This document shows, in pieces, positions 1-12,605 of a DNA stretch of 64,000 nucleotides. Origin of the DNA: Octopus vulgaris (lineage: Eukaryota); the NCBI GenBank assembly GCA_951406725.2, contig OX597831.1, positions 39,928,001 through 39,992,000 of the forward strand. Reading direction: 5' to 3'. Positions within the stretch are counted from its first letter, which is position 1, and each line of letters starts with the position of its first letter. A program made the position numbers and the translations under genes. The notes under the pieces were generated by a model, which ran no database searches, was not told where the DNA came from, and was given only the letters and a program-made list of their open reading frames with translations.

Positions 1-150
1 TAATTAGCAGTATCTGAGTGCTGGCGTAGCACTCTCTCTCTCGCCTTCTGGGTGTCACATCCTCAGTGTTCTGCATGTTCCAGGGTAGTGATATGGGATG
101 GGGCTAGCACATGTTTGCCTCAGCTCTCTGTAGGCTATGCAAACACTTAA

Positions 151-362
151 CCATTTAGCTACCAGATTACTCTCTCAATTGTAAAGCTTACTTCTTCCCA
201 TCATTTTGAATTGATCGCACATAGTCTCGTGGTTTTGGAATATCCATGATGTGGTTTATTTTTAGAATAACATTGTAGGCCAAGTCTAAAAGGCTGGATC
301 TGGTTAGTTTCAGCATAAAACATTTAAGTTATTTTGATTCAGTGTTTACAAACTAAAAGATT
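151..362 (-). mobile_element. piggyBac-like MITE family 1, diverged copy
   Basis: TTAA then CCATTTAGC; body aligns by eye with the copies at 8744, 15702 and 63136; right end degenerate. Confidence 0.55.
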
Positions 363-832
363 GAAACAGTTAGCAAAAGCATGGTACATACATTTTACCA
401 TTTCATGCTTGCTTAATAGAGACACATGATTATATTATATGATAAGTAAATTGCAGTATAGTTTGTAATGCCACATGGGTCCACGGAAAGAAGTGCTGCA
501 TGAGTTATTTGCATAATTTGTACTCTCTCCCCTGGGTTGAATTTGGGGAAACATTGAGGACAGTGAAGGGAATGTTGAAAGATACTACATCTTGACTCAT
601 CAGTTGTTGTGATACACTAGTTTGATCCGTCCTCCATGTAAGTAACCCTGTCAAAGGTCGGTGGGGGTTGGGGTCGCTGGTAGGTTTGTCAGCAAACAAA
701 GCAGCTACACAGTTAATGCAGTGTGTTATGTAATTGGTTGTAATTATAATGGTTTCTAATTTAGGCATGAAACTAATTTTCTCAAGGGGAGTGGGGTTAG
801 TCGATTGCATTGAGCTTCTGTATTTGACAGTT

Positions 833-1005
833 CATCATAATCATCATCATTGTTTAACATCTGTTTTCCATGCTGGCATGGGTTGGACTGTTTGACAGGA
901 GCTGGTGAGCCAGAACACTGTGCCAGATGCTACTGTCTGCCTGGGCATGGTTTCAGCAGCTGGACGCCCTTCCCAATGCAGCAACTCTCTACAGTGTGTA
1001 TTGGG
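833..1005 (-). mobile_element. RTE LINE 3' UTR fragment (family B)
   Basis: (CAT)n, then GTTTAACATCTGTTTTCCATGCTGGCATGGGTTGGAC...CTGGACGCCCTTCC, shared with many copies in the window. Confidence 0.75.
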
Positions 1006-1371
1006 TCAACCCCAGAGCTCCTTAACCACAGAGGCTTGCCTGTGCTTACATTTTATATAAATTAAAGCTGATCCCAGTTTAACAAAGAAAAAAAAGAAAG
1101 GGAAAAAAGAAAACCCAGATAATGCTATAAATTGAATAGATTTCCTCTGAAATAGAGAAATTATTAGTGTGTTTTATCTCTCTACTTTTCTCAGCTTTAG
1201 AATAGATTTACTTCATTTCAATAACAAGCTAATTTATAAATTGGATGACTTATGCCACCTACACATAGCTTCAACTGCAAATGATAAAAGGCAACAGGTT
1301 TATATACATAGATACATGTAATGTATATATTATGTTGTATATATGCATATATTTGTATTCATGTACTTTCT

Positions 1372-1441
1372 GAGTATATTCCACTGATGAAGGCAAAGCA
1401 TTTCTTACGCAGAGCCAGAAATCTGGGATATGGAATTATTC
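1372..1441 (+). ncRNA. Candidate type I hammerhead ribozyme (Penelope/retrozyme-type)
   Basis: Stem I ATTCCA/TGGAAT (extended by GAGTA/TATTC), core CTGATGA at 1384-1390, stem II GGC/GCC, GAAA at 1418-1421, short stem III TC-TGG-GA, NUH = ATA at 1428-1430. Confidence 0.6.
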
Positions 1442-1685
1442 ACTAATTTTTTTGCTATTTTATTTTGTCTCTTTTCTTCTCTCCTGGTGCTGTATGAACA
1501 TTTAATGTGGTTTTAGAGTCACATTTTGGCTGCTATTTCCAGCGTGGTGGTATCTCTTAGATAACTTAAATTATAATTTTAAATAATTATTACCTTTGAA
1601 GGTTTTTATTCCCATGCTAGCCACTTGATAAGATCGGTATTTAAATAACGATCTTATCCTTATTTATATAAATTTACATATATAT

Positions 1686-2079
1686 AGGCGCATGAGTGGC
1701 TGTGTGGTATTTTGCTTGCTTACGAATCACATGGTTCTGGGTTCAGTCCCACTGCGTGGCACCTTGGGCAAGTGTCTTCTACTATAGCCTCGGGCCGACC
1801 AAAGCTTTGTGAGTGGATTTAGTCGACAGAAACTGAAAGAAATCTGTTGTATATATGTATATATATTTATATATATATATATGTATGTGTGTGTATATGT
1901 TGTGTGTCTGTGTCTGTCCCACCAACATCGCTTGACAACTAATGCTCGTGTCTTTACGTCCCCGTCACTTAGCACTTTGGTAAAAAGGACCAACAGAATA
2001 AGTACTAGGGGTCGATTTGCTCAACTAAAAGTCGTGCTCCAGCATGGCCACAGTCAAATGACTGAAACAATTAAAAGAG

Positions 2080-2080
<1 letters not shown>
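1686..2080 (+). mobile_element. tRNA-derived SINE family A
   Basis: A-box-like GTGGCTGTGTGG, B-box-like GGTTCAGTCCC, CORE-like ACCTTGGGCAAGTG, internal (TA/TG)n, 3' CAGTCAAATGACTGAAAC tail; about 10 copies in the window. Confidence 0.9.
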
Positions 2081-2113
<33 letters not shown>

Positions 2114-2414
2114 CATACACACACACACATATATACATACATAAATACATAGACACACTACATATACACACACATATTCACATCCACATTTATGTATGTT
2201 GCCTTGAAGTCAGCAGATTTCTCTAATTAACCAAGGAAGAACATTGTTAGGAAAAAGGCCTTGGCTGTGGAATTTCCGATGTCTTGTGGAATCTTGCTTA
2301 TGAAGCAGTTCCTATCAATATCCAAAGAGTTTTGTGAAGGAACATTCTGGCAACTCTAATCAGTGCACACTGTTTTCAAGAAAGTGATTCAGCTGCCTGG
2401 AAGACAATTGAAAG

Positions 2415-2960
2415 CGCTGTTACTACGACGACTATTGTCACCTCTGTTGCTGCTACCACTGCTAATCTCATCACCACTACCACCAATACTACTGACACTG
2501 CTACCAGCACTGACACTACTACCACCACCACCACCACCACTACTACTGCCGCCACTGCCATCACTACTACCATTTCTACTGCTATTGCTGCTAACTATCA
2601 CCACCTCTACTATCACAAGCACCGCTACCACGACCATCAGTAACACTACAACCACCACTACCAATACTACTACATCACCACCAAAACTACTACTACCACT
2701 ACTGCCACCACCACTGCCATCACTGCTACTACCACGTCTACTGCTATTTGTAATACTATCACCATCACCATTACCAACACTATCATTACTACTATTACTG
2801 CTGGTACTACGACCACCACTACCAGCACTACTATCGCCACTGCCATTCACCACTGCTATCACTTCTACCACTATTACTAATACTACCACCATCAACATCA
2901 AGACTATTACCATCACAACCACCAGCATTACCACCACCACCACCACTGCTACTACTCACA
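2415..2960. repeat. Degenerate (ACT/ACC)n trinucleotide low-complexity tract
   Basis: Visible triplet periodicity that produces poly-T/L/P pseudo-ORFs. Confidence 0.9.
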
Positions 2961-3445
2961 TGGCTTTCAACTATGGCGGAATTCTGTGATGAAGCGTGTT
3001 GGTCAGAGTTTCTTCTGATGTTTGTGGTCAGTACCTAATTCTTTCACACCAGCTGGAGATTATCATGGACTGCTTTTATACTTAAACGGATCTTTCAGCC
3101 AGCCTCCGCATCCACCCCCACCCCCCACCTCTCTGTTCTCGCCTCACCTCATCCCACACCATATCCTAATCTCTTTAAACTTATGATGATGATGCTGACG
3201 ATGGAGATATGGAAATGTTCTAGTTTCTAAGACTGTTTACGAAATGTGAACGGTAGTTGTTGCGTTAATATGGAAGATCATTAGTTCCGCATGTTTACTA
3301 TCTGCCCGGTGCTCTGTTGTTGCTGACCAGGGATTTTGAAGAAGGTCAAACAGGCAAGGCAATCTCATATGTAGATGTGTGGGTACATGTATACATACTG
3401 ATATACTCATGTATGTATATTCACACACACATGATGATGATGATG

Positions 3446-3485
<40 letters not shown>

Positions 3486-3845
3486 CATACATATATGTAT
3501 ATATGTTTACATATTTATCCATCTATATATATATACACACATATACATGCACACATACATACCAATACATGCATGTATATATATATATATATATAGACAC
3601 ACATCCACATATATATTGTTTGTGATCAGACTGTTTAAATCTTCAATTATTTCCATAATTAAAGACTTTGGTTCAACTGCTGAAGAATTGTCAGTTTTCA
3701 ACATTTCACAAGATTCACTCCCAATATATACATGTGTGTGTGTACACATATGCGTGTCTTTATATATAAACTCTTGCAAGTGGGAGAACTTGGTCTTATT
3801 CGGCAGATTAATATTACCCTGAAGATGTGTGTATATATATATGTA

Positions 3846-3889
<44 letters not shown>

Positions 3890-3894
<5 letters not shown>

Positions 3895-4049
3895 TACACT
3901 CTCGGAGTGGTTGGCATTAGGAAGGACATCCAGCTGTGGAAACTTTACCAGATCAGATTGGAGACTGGTGCAGCCTTCTTGTTCGCTAGTCCTCAGTCAA
4001 ACCGTCCAACCCATGCCAGCATGGAAAGTAGACGTTAAATGATGATGAT
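3890..4049 (+). mobile_element. RTE LINE 3' UTR fragment (family B)
   Basis: GGTTGGCATTAGGAAGGACATCCAGCTG...CCAACCCATGCCAGCATGG...(TGA)n tail. Confidence 0.85.
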
Positions 4050-4984
4050 TATAGATAGATAATTAATATTTCTCTGAAGTTCACCACTGTTGCTGTATTT
4101 AAGCATTTCCAAAATTTACTGATTTACATTACTACATTGGCATTATGCAACTCCAGCCCATGTACACTGGCAGCTTAAGGGAGCCAGCCAGTCGATGGGC
4201 TAATGAAGGAAGCCTCTGTGTCGTTGCTCTGCCTACTAGATATAGCAGCTAAATCTGCTTCTCACTACTATTGTAATAAAAAGGGGTGAAAAGGAAATGC
4301 ATATGAAAAGACGTCATGCTGATTATATGAACAGATGGCATGGTCAAGTTTGGAATGTCTTTGATCAAAGAATTGCAAATAGCCCCCCACCCCCGGAGTC
4401 CTGGATATAACCACAATTTCAAATTGGGTCATCTTTGATTGTATTTTCTACCTGAAACAGGTTGGCCAAGGGCTAAACTGTCAGATCAACAAGAACAGCT
4501 CGCACCTGGTACTTGTATAGCACTTGGAATCTCTGCATCGTTACTGATGGTAATGAAGAAGACGGCAATGATGATGATGATGATGACAAAGAGATTAATT
4601 AATAAATTTCATTATAGCTTTGAAGCCTTAGTCATTCTAATATTTCTAAGTAATTTATTTATGATAGAAATTACTTCATTTTGTGCCACATGCATCCAAT
4701 TTGTATATCTTACACACACACACACACACACACATATATGTGCGCGCACACACACACACATGCACACATACACATGTTGCATTGTACTTATAGATTGGAT
4801 GGCTAAAAGGTTCACTTTGCAACTTCAGTGCCCTCAGTTCAATTCCACCGTGTGCCGTCTTGCATAAATGTAATTTTCTTTAGCCATGGTTCAACCCATA
4901 GCTCATAAGTAAAATTACTGACGCAAACTGTATAGAAGTCTGTCAGGTGGATAATACCTGTAATTCAAAAGATACAGCTGTGTT

Positions 4985-5044
<60 letters not shown>

Positions 5045-6364
5045 TTGCACTGGTTCTGCTTGGGAATTACATTAATGATACATGTCTGTGGAATATTCAG
5101 CCACTTACATGTTAATTTAGGAGCAGGCAATTCAGTTGATTGAGCAACTAAATCCTTGTCACCAAATGACAGAGATCCTCACCTCCACCACCACCACTAC
5201 CTGTGTGTGTGTGTGTGTACATATATACACACACTGTTATAGTACCTGTCAAAAATGATGGAGTTTATTTCTCCCCCCTTTTAGTAAGCTTTAATGGCTT
5301 TGTTTCATACCTTGCTCTATTTTCTTCTTGTATTTCATTTTGTCTTCTTTCTGTTATTCTTTGTACATCCACTGAGTCTCCTATGTTATTCTCACTGTGT
5401 CACTCTCATACCTTATTTCTCTCTTTCTCTGTCTATCCATGTTCACACACACACACACACACACACTTCTTTCTATCAAATTTTTCCACTTCCTTTTATT
5501 TCTTGTCTATATTTCCTTTTGTGCCTCCCACCACCACTTCGGTATCATACACAAGCTTCTTTCTGTATCTCTTTCCCTCTCTCCCTCCCTCCCACTCTTT
5601 TCTTTATTCCCTCTCTTGCTCTTTCTCCCTCTCCCCCCCCATCTCTCTTTCTTTATACCTCTGTTGTTTCATAACATTACATCTGTACTTTGCCTACCTT
5701 TTTACTGTTTTAGTTTTCTGTGTGTCTGTTTGTCTGTCTGTCTCTCTCTCTCACTCTCTCACACACACTCTCACTCTCTCTATTGTATCCTCTTCATCTC
5801 CTCCCTCCATTTTATTTAATTTTCCTTCCTCTTTCCATTTCTCTTGGCACGGATACATTCTCCTCCTTGCGTGTTCATGTGTGTGTGTGTGTGAGAGAGA
5901 GAAAGGTAAGAAAAAGGAGAGGAAGAGAGAGACAGAAGTGGTGAATTAAGAACCAAGCAAAAATGGACACAGGACTTTGTATTTTTATATACATGTGTGT
6001 GTGTGTGTAATACATGTGTATATATATATATATTTATACAGACATACATATGCACACGTATACATCCAATATAAAATATGAGGAGATTCTAGAATTACAT
6101 CATTAAAGAGTGAAAAACAATAAATATAAAATGGAAAAACACAAAATGGGCCAAATCGAAATATGTAAGAATTGTGGATTTCTTGAGAGTCTTGGCTCAC
6201 TCATCTCAGCAAAATCTGTAGAATGTGTGCATGTATGTGTGTGAGAGAGTATTTTTCATGCATATGTATATGTGTGTGTGTGAATATGTAGCTATGTATA
6301 TGTGGATATGTGTGTGTATATATACATATGTATATGTGTATATATATATATGTATATATATATG

Positions 6365-6411
<47 letters not shown>

Positions 6412-6559
6412 GTGTGTATATATATGCATATATTTGTATCAGTACGTATGTATTTATATATATTATTGAGAAAATATGATGCATCTCTATAGAATTAGTA
6501 ATAAACTATCGAGGAAGTAATATATAATATTAAGCTCTGTGTATGAACATAGTGTGAGC

Positions 6560-6591
<32 letters not shown>

Positions 6592-7117
6592 ATGTAAGAA
6601 CTGGAAAAGGAGAGGAAAAGTTTTTTAAAAAATCTGTAAAAAAAAACCCAAAGAAGGACGAGTAAATATAGAGTAATCTATTGAACATAACTGCACGTAG
6701 CTTAATCAGTTGTAAGTCCCTGTAATTCTTGACAGCGAAGCTATTATTTCTGTTTGGAGAAAATTACTGCTATAGATTTGTTTTGACGTAAATCACTTTA
6801 CTCTCTTATCGAGATTTCTGTTGCGAAAAGAGCTTAATTTTACCCCCCACCCCACCCCTGCACCATCTCTCACCTTGTTTTTGTGTGTGTGTGTATGTGT
6901 TCTGTATGGAGGAAGTCATTTTTGTTTTACTGTGCAATCAGGACACCCATGGGTTGAAGGTGGCAGCAAGGAGAGAAAGATGTGATGTATTTGGTCTGAG
7001 ATCAATCCCTATCGGAACTACCGTTTGCCGAGTTCTTTTTATTTATTTATTTTTTTCCTTTTTGCTGTTTTTGCCATTTTTATCATTCCTCTGCACTCTG
7101 CTCCTCCTTTTCTTCTT

Positions 7118-7620
7118 CATCTCCTGGTCCTCTTCTCTTCTCCTGCTCTCCTTCTCATCTCCTGCTCCCCTTCTCGTCTCCTGCTCCCCTTCTCATCCCC
7201 TGCTCCCCTTTTCGTCTCCTGCTCTCCTTCTCGTAGCCTGCTCCCCTTCTCGTCTCCTGCTCCTCTTCTCGTCTCCTGGTCCTCTTCTCGTCTCCTGGTC
7301 CTCTTCTCGTCTCCTGCTCCCCTTCTCGTCTCCTGCTCCCCTTCTCGTCTCCTGGTCCTCTTCTCGTCTCCTGGTCCTCTTCTCGTCTCCTGCTCCTCTT
7401 CTCGTCTCCTGCTCTCCTTCTCGTCTCCTGCTCTCCTTCTCGTCTCCTGCTCCCCTTCTCGTCTCCTGCTCCCCTTCTCGTCTCCTGCTCCCCTTCTCGT
7501 CTCCTGCTCCTCTTCTCGTCTCCTGGTCCTCCTCTCGTCTCCTGCTACCCTTCTTGTCTCCTGCTCCCCTTCTCGTCTCCTGCTCCTCTTCTCGTCTCCT
7601 ACTCCTCTTCTTGTCTCTTC
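7118..7620. repeat. 19-bp pyrimidine-rich minisatellite, about 26 units
   Basis: Unit CGTCTCCTGCTCCCCTTCT recurs with 19-nt period (e.g. 7441, 7460). Confidence 0.95.
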
Positions 7621-7683
7621 TTCGTTCTCTGCTCCTTCTTGTCTTTCCCTTCTTCTAATCCTCCTTCTCCATTTAGTATTTAA

Positions 7684-7901
7684 CCCTTTAGCATTTAAAC
7701 TGGCTATATCCAGCCAAAGTATTCTGCAAGTCCTATGTTCATACTGGCCAGATCTGGCCTCTCACACCAACCCTACAATATTCTAAAAATTAACAGTTAC
7801 CTCATCAAAATCTCATAGCTACAAGATAATGCACAATTAGTTCAAAACACTCTGAATAAAATAAGAATTACTTTTGGAAGAATAATGTGAACACTAAATG
7901 G
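7684..7901 (+). mobile_element. piggyBac-like MITE family 1
   Basis: TTAA|CCCTTTAGCATTTAAA start; body nearly identical to 37186-37406. Confidence 0.8.
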
Positions 7902-8743
7902 CTGTATCCAGTCCAAATATTCTACCTGTTTTATGCTCAGACTGGTTAGATCTAGTCCTTCTGTTCCTTTTTTTCTGGGTGAATGTGTTGGTCTTACTCA
8001 CTTTAACTTTTAGAAGATGCAATCTTTATTAGTTCAGCCCCTATTCTTTGACCTATTCGGCATGGGAGGCCCTATCTGGTGCTTTTTGCTACTATTGCAG
8101 TCCTCAGGGACATAAAGGCATACAAGCTACTATGAGGACTGAGAATGATAAAATTAAAACCATGATTGAGCTAGAAAGAGTAGAAGCAGCATCTTTGCTG
8201 AATAAGCATCTTGGGTGGTTAAAAAAACATGATATATGTAGATTAAGTTCCTCGTCTTTGTGGCCATATCACAGCGTTTTCTCTGTTGCACCCTTTGACC
8301 TTCTTCATATTTGATATTGTTCTTGGTATTTCACATCAAATATCCTCATCGTTGCCATTACCTTATGTTTGCTTCACATGCTGCAATTAGTTGATCCCTT
8401 CATTATAACCCAAGTTCTTTCTTCTTTGGACCCACAGATCTCATTAACTTGTGAGGCATGGCCAATCCTTTTTTCAAGGAGCAGGCCACATAAGACATGG
8501 TTCCTCATCAGGTGCTTTTGTTTCATTTGGGCTTGATTTTTTTTTTTTAACAACTGGATGCTTTTCCTATCACTAACCTCACTACAGAATATACTGGTTG
8601 TATTTCTTCATGTATGGCCATTGGAAGATATTACCTTGCTTGGAAACAGGTTAGGATTGGCAACAGGAAAGGCATGTGGCCATAGAAAATCTGCCTTACT
8701 AAACTCTGCCTGACCCATGCAAGCATGGGAAAATGAACATTAA

Positions 8744-9384
8744 ATCTTTAGCATTCAGGTTACTCTGTCAAATGTTTTGCTTGTTTGTTCACTTCGTTTG
8801 GAATTAATGATGGATTACCTTGTAGCTTTGAGGTTTCAATGATGTGATGGTATATTTTTGAATGACTTTGTAGGGTAAGTGCAAGAGAAGGCGCAGGAGT
8901 GGCTGTGTGGTAAGTAGCTTGCTAACCAACCACATGGTTCCGGGTTCAGTCCCACTGCGTGGCATCTTGGGCAAGTGTCTTCTGCTATAGCCCCGGGCCG
9001 ACCAATGCCTTGTGAGTGGATTTGGTAGACGGAAACTGAAAGAAGCCTGTCGTATATATGTATATATATATAAGTGTGTGTGTATATGTTTGTGTGTCTG
9101 TGTTTGTCCCCCTAGCATTGCTTGACAACCGATGCTGGTGTGTTTACGTCCCCGTCACTTAGCGGTTCGGCAAAAGAGACCGATATGATAAGTACTGGGC
9201 TTACAAAGAATAAGTCCCGAGGTCGATTTGCTTGACTAAAGGCGGTGCTCCAGCATGGCCGCAGTCAAATGACTGAAACAGGTAAAAGAGTAAAAAGAGT
9301 AAAAGAGAGACTGGACAAGGTTAGTTCCTACATAAAATGGGAAGAATATTTCGCCCGGATGTGGCCAGTTTAAATGCTAAAGGG
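8744..9384 (-). mobile_element. piggyBac-like MITE family 1 interrupted by SINE-A
   Basis: TTAA at 8740-8743 and 9385-9388; right end TTTAAATGCTAAAGGG; the two halves flank a SINE. Confidence 0.75.
8889..9308 (+). mobile_element. SINE family A, young full-length copy
   Basis: Complete from AGGCGCAGGAG to the (TAAAAGAG)n tail; near-identical to 52748-53155 and 59074-59477. Confidence 0.92.
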
Positions 9385-9519
9385 TTAAATTGATGATAAG
9401 GATTTTCATATTCGATGCAGTGTTATTTCCCTACTTATATTATCATATTGCATCCTTGTACTTCCCTCCGTCCACATGTTCTGCACTTGCAGCCAACAAG
9501 ACATATGATAGCAATGGAC

Positions 9520-9720
9520 GCGCTGGCAGAATCATTAGCATGCCAGGCGAAATGCTTAGTATTTCATCTGCCATGTTCTGAGTTCAAATTCTGACTTTGC
9601 CTTTCAATTTTTTCGGGGTCGATAAATTACGTACCAGTAAAACACTAGGGGTCGATGTAATCGACTAGTCCCTTCCCACCTAATTCCAGACCTTGTGCCT
9701 TCAACAGAAAGGATTATTAT
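9520..9720 (+). mobile_element. tRNA-derived SINE family C
   Basis: GCTGGCAGAATC..TTAGCA head, GAGTTCAAATT B-box, CTTTGCCTTTCA..GGGGTCGATAAA..GTACCAG body, AGAAAGGATTATT tail. Confidence 0.8.
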
Positions 9721-9737
9721 ACATGTATTACATATGC

Positions 9738-9925
9738 TGATGCCATGTATAAAGCACCCGGCACATTCTGTAAAGTGGTTGACATTAGGACGGGCATCCA
9801 GCTATTGAAACAGTGCCAAGACAGACAATTGTTGCATGGTGCAGCTTGCCAGCTGCTGTCAGACCATCCAACCCATTCCAGTGCAGAAGACGGATGTTAA
9901 ATGATGATAAGGATCCTGATGATGG
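9738..9925 (+). mobile_element. RTE LINE 3' UTR fragment (family B)
   Basis: GGGCATCCAGC motif and (TGA)n tail. Confidence 0.75.
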
Positions 9926-10191
9926 TGCATTCAAGGATACTGTATCATCTTACCAGAATATCTATTTCCGAATTAAATCTGTTTTTGTTTTTGTTTTTTG
10001 TTTTTTTTTTTTGGTGATTTTCTATCTTCTTTTTTTTCTGTTCTTCTACAGTTGGGCATATTCCAATAAATGTTCAGATTCTTTATTATCTGATAATGCA
10101 CGATTTTCTGTTAGTGTTTCTATAACTTCATTTAGCTTTTCCTTTCTTTCACCAAATCTGCAATGTATTTGTGCGAATGCACCAGCTTGTA

Positions 10192-10227
<36 letters not shown>

Positions 10228-10230
<3 letters not shown>

Positions 10231-10375
10231 TCATCATCATCATCATCATCATTTAGCGTCCGTTTTCCATGCTAGCATGGGTTGGACGGTTCAACTGGGG
10301 TCTGGGGAGCCCGAAGGCTGCACCAGGCCAGTCAGATCTGGCAGTGTTTCTACAGCTGGATGCCCTTCCTAACGC

Positions 10376-10379
<4 letters not shown>
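10228..10379 (-). mobile_element. RTE LINE 3' UTR fragment (family B), young
   Basis: (CAT)n...CTGGATGCCCTTCCTAACGCCAAC, sitting between two (TA)n tracts. Confidence 0.85.
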
Positions 10380-10438
<59 letters not shown>

Positions 10439-11264
10439 TGCATACATATGTGTCTTGTGTGTGCTTGTTTTGTCTGTTCTTTGCCAAAAATTACTAGAAC
10501 ATGCTGTAACTTCCTCACTGCTGGATGAATGGTTATCGCTTCAGACAAAATGCTTGGTAACATTCCGTCTGGTCTGTATGTTCTGAGTTCAAATGACACT
10601 GGGATTGATATAATCCATTAACCCCAGCTCCCACAATTTCAGGCCTTGTGCTTATAGTAGAAAGTATCGTTATTATTATTATTATCATTATTAATATTAT
10701 TATTATTGAGTGAGAGAGCAGCACATGATATCAAAGTTACACTGGGGTAAAATATATGAAGCCCTATATACCCGTCATCACTACCCGTCTGATAAGGGTA
10801 CACCAGCCATATGTACACGACATGATAATCTTATATCAAGGTTAACAGCACATGACCTTGCGGGTAAGGCCCTGTTAAAATTTTCTTCAGGTCGAGTAGC
10901 CCATCCTGCCCGATAGGTCACTGAATAAGGGTTGTTTAAGGATGTTGAACCAAAAACCCATGTTTCCAGAGGTGAATTATTCAAACCCCAAAGAATTCTT
11001 CTCAACACATGACTATGATGCTCCCCCACTATTTCTGCTCATGATCAGAGATGCACATATCGTCAGCCACTAAACTCGTTAAGATCAAAGAACAGACATG
11101 CAAATCTGTGGTATTGAGCAGAATATTTACTGTAGCCCATCTTTTATACCAAGAGAAAACAATGTACATGATAACACTAAACAATCAGTTGAGATCAGAA
11201 GCCCTGTGAGCCACTGCTTGGTATTGCATCAGAGCAGTTATTATCATCTGTTTTATTATGGCAT

Positions 11265-11406
11265 TGAGCTGGAGTTCAAATTCCACTGCCGTCAACTTTG
11301 CCTTTCATCTTTCCATGTTTGAAAAATTAAATACCAGTCAAGCACTGAGGGCAGAATAATCGAGTAGCTCCCATAAAATTTCAGGCCGTATTCCTGTAAT
11401 TGAAAG

Positions 11407-11451
<45 letters not shown>

Positions 11452-11830
11452 CATCATTATTGTTATTGTGCCAAGTTCAACTTTGCATTTCATCCTTTCG
11501 GGGTCGATCAAATAAGTACCAGTTACGCACTGGTGTCGATGTAATCAACTCGATCCCCTCGCCCAAATTTCAGGCCTTGTACCTACTGTGAAAAGGATTA
11601 TTATTATAGCAGTGAGCTGGCAGAGTTGTTAGCATGCAGGACGAAATGCTTAGCGGTATTTTGCCCGTCGCTACATTCTGAGTTCAAATTTCACTGCGGT
11701 CGACTTTACCTTTCATCCTTTCAGGGTGCAATAAATTTAGTACCAGTGAGACACTGGGGTTGATGTAACTGATTAAGTCTCCTCCCCACTAATTTCAGGC
11801 TTTGTGCCTCCAGTGGAAAGGATTCTTCTT
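11265..11830 (+). mobile_element. Tandem array of three SINE-C units
   Basis: Repeated GTTCAA..CTTTGCCTTTCATC..GTACCAG..TTTCAGGC units separated by (ATT)n. Confidence 0.8.
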
Positions 11831-12239
11831 CATTGTCATCGTCTTCATCGTCTAACGGCTGCTTTCCCTGCTGTATTCAACTGTTGCATCGGTCTCGCTT
11901 CGTTCACTGATGCTTAAGACAAGGATCTATGACATGAAGGATTGTCAAGGCGGCGATGACTCCCTGACTCTTGTAAAACCAGGATCTCTTGATGTAAATG
12001 CAATCGTCTCTAGTTGCCACTCACCAAGCCATCATCTGATCGCAGCATTTGTAACACACACACACACGCATGCATGCACGTGCACACATTCATACACACA
12101 AGTGCATATACTTATATACACATGTGGTAAGAGAACCCGTTACACCTTGCAGGTATTTCTTGAATCTTCTCACTCCGGTGAGTCAATATACACAATATTT
12201 GCAACCTGCAGTTTCTATTCTGCTCTACCACAGCATTGA

Positions 12240-12401
12240 AACACACACACATACTTATATATGTATATATTTATACACATATATGTATGTATATATTTAT
12301 ACACATATATGTGTGTATATATACATATATATATATATTATTATGTGTGTATATATATATATATTTATATATATATATATATATATACATACTCATGTAT
12401 G

Positions 12402-12444
<43 letters not shown>

Positions 12445-12451
12445 ACTCATG

Positions 12452-12491
<40 letters not shown>

Positions 12492-12507
12492 TATATACAT
12501 ACTCATG

Positions 12508-12553
<46 letters not shown>

Positions 12554-12605
12554 TGTATATATATATATATATTTTATTATATATAATAAATATAAATATG
12601 TATAA
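12240..12605. repeat. (TA)n/(TG)n compound microsatellite
   Basis: Direct inspection. Confidence 0.95.

Noticed and set aside
2363-2989. 208-aa and 185-aa ORFs
   Set aside because: Translations of a degenerate ACT/ACC triplet tract; no domain or splice support
6885-7786. 257-aa and 253-aa ORFs with 19-aa repeats
   Set aside because: By-product of a stop-free 19-bp minisatellite open in multiple frames
8045-8460. Possible old LINE remnant
   Set aside because: Too degraded to show a diagnostic motif by eye
8804-9118. Recurring peptide RQASFSFRLPNPLTR...SGTEP
   Set aside because: Antisense reading of SINE-A, not a gene family
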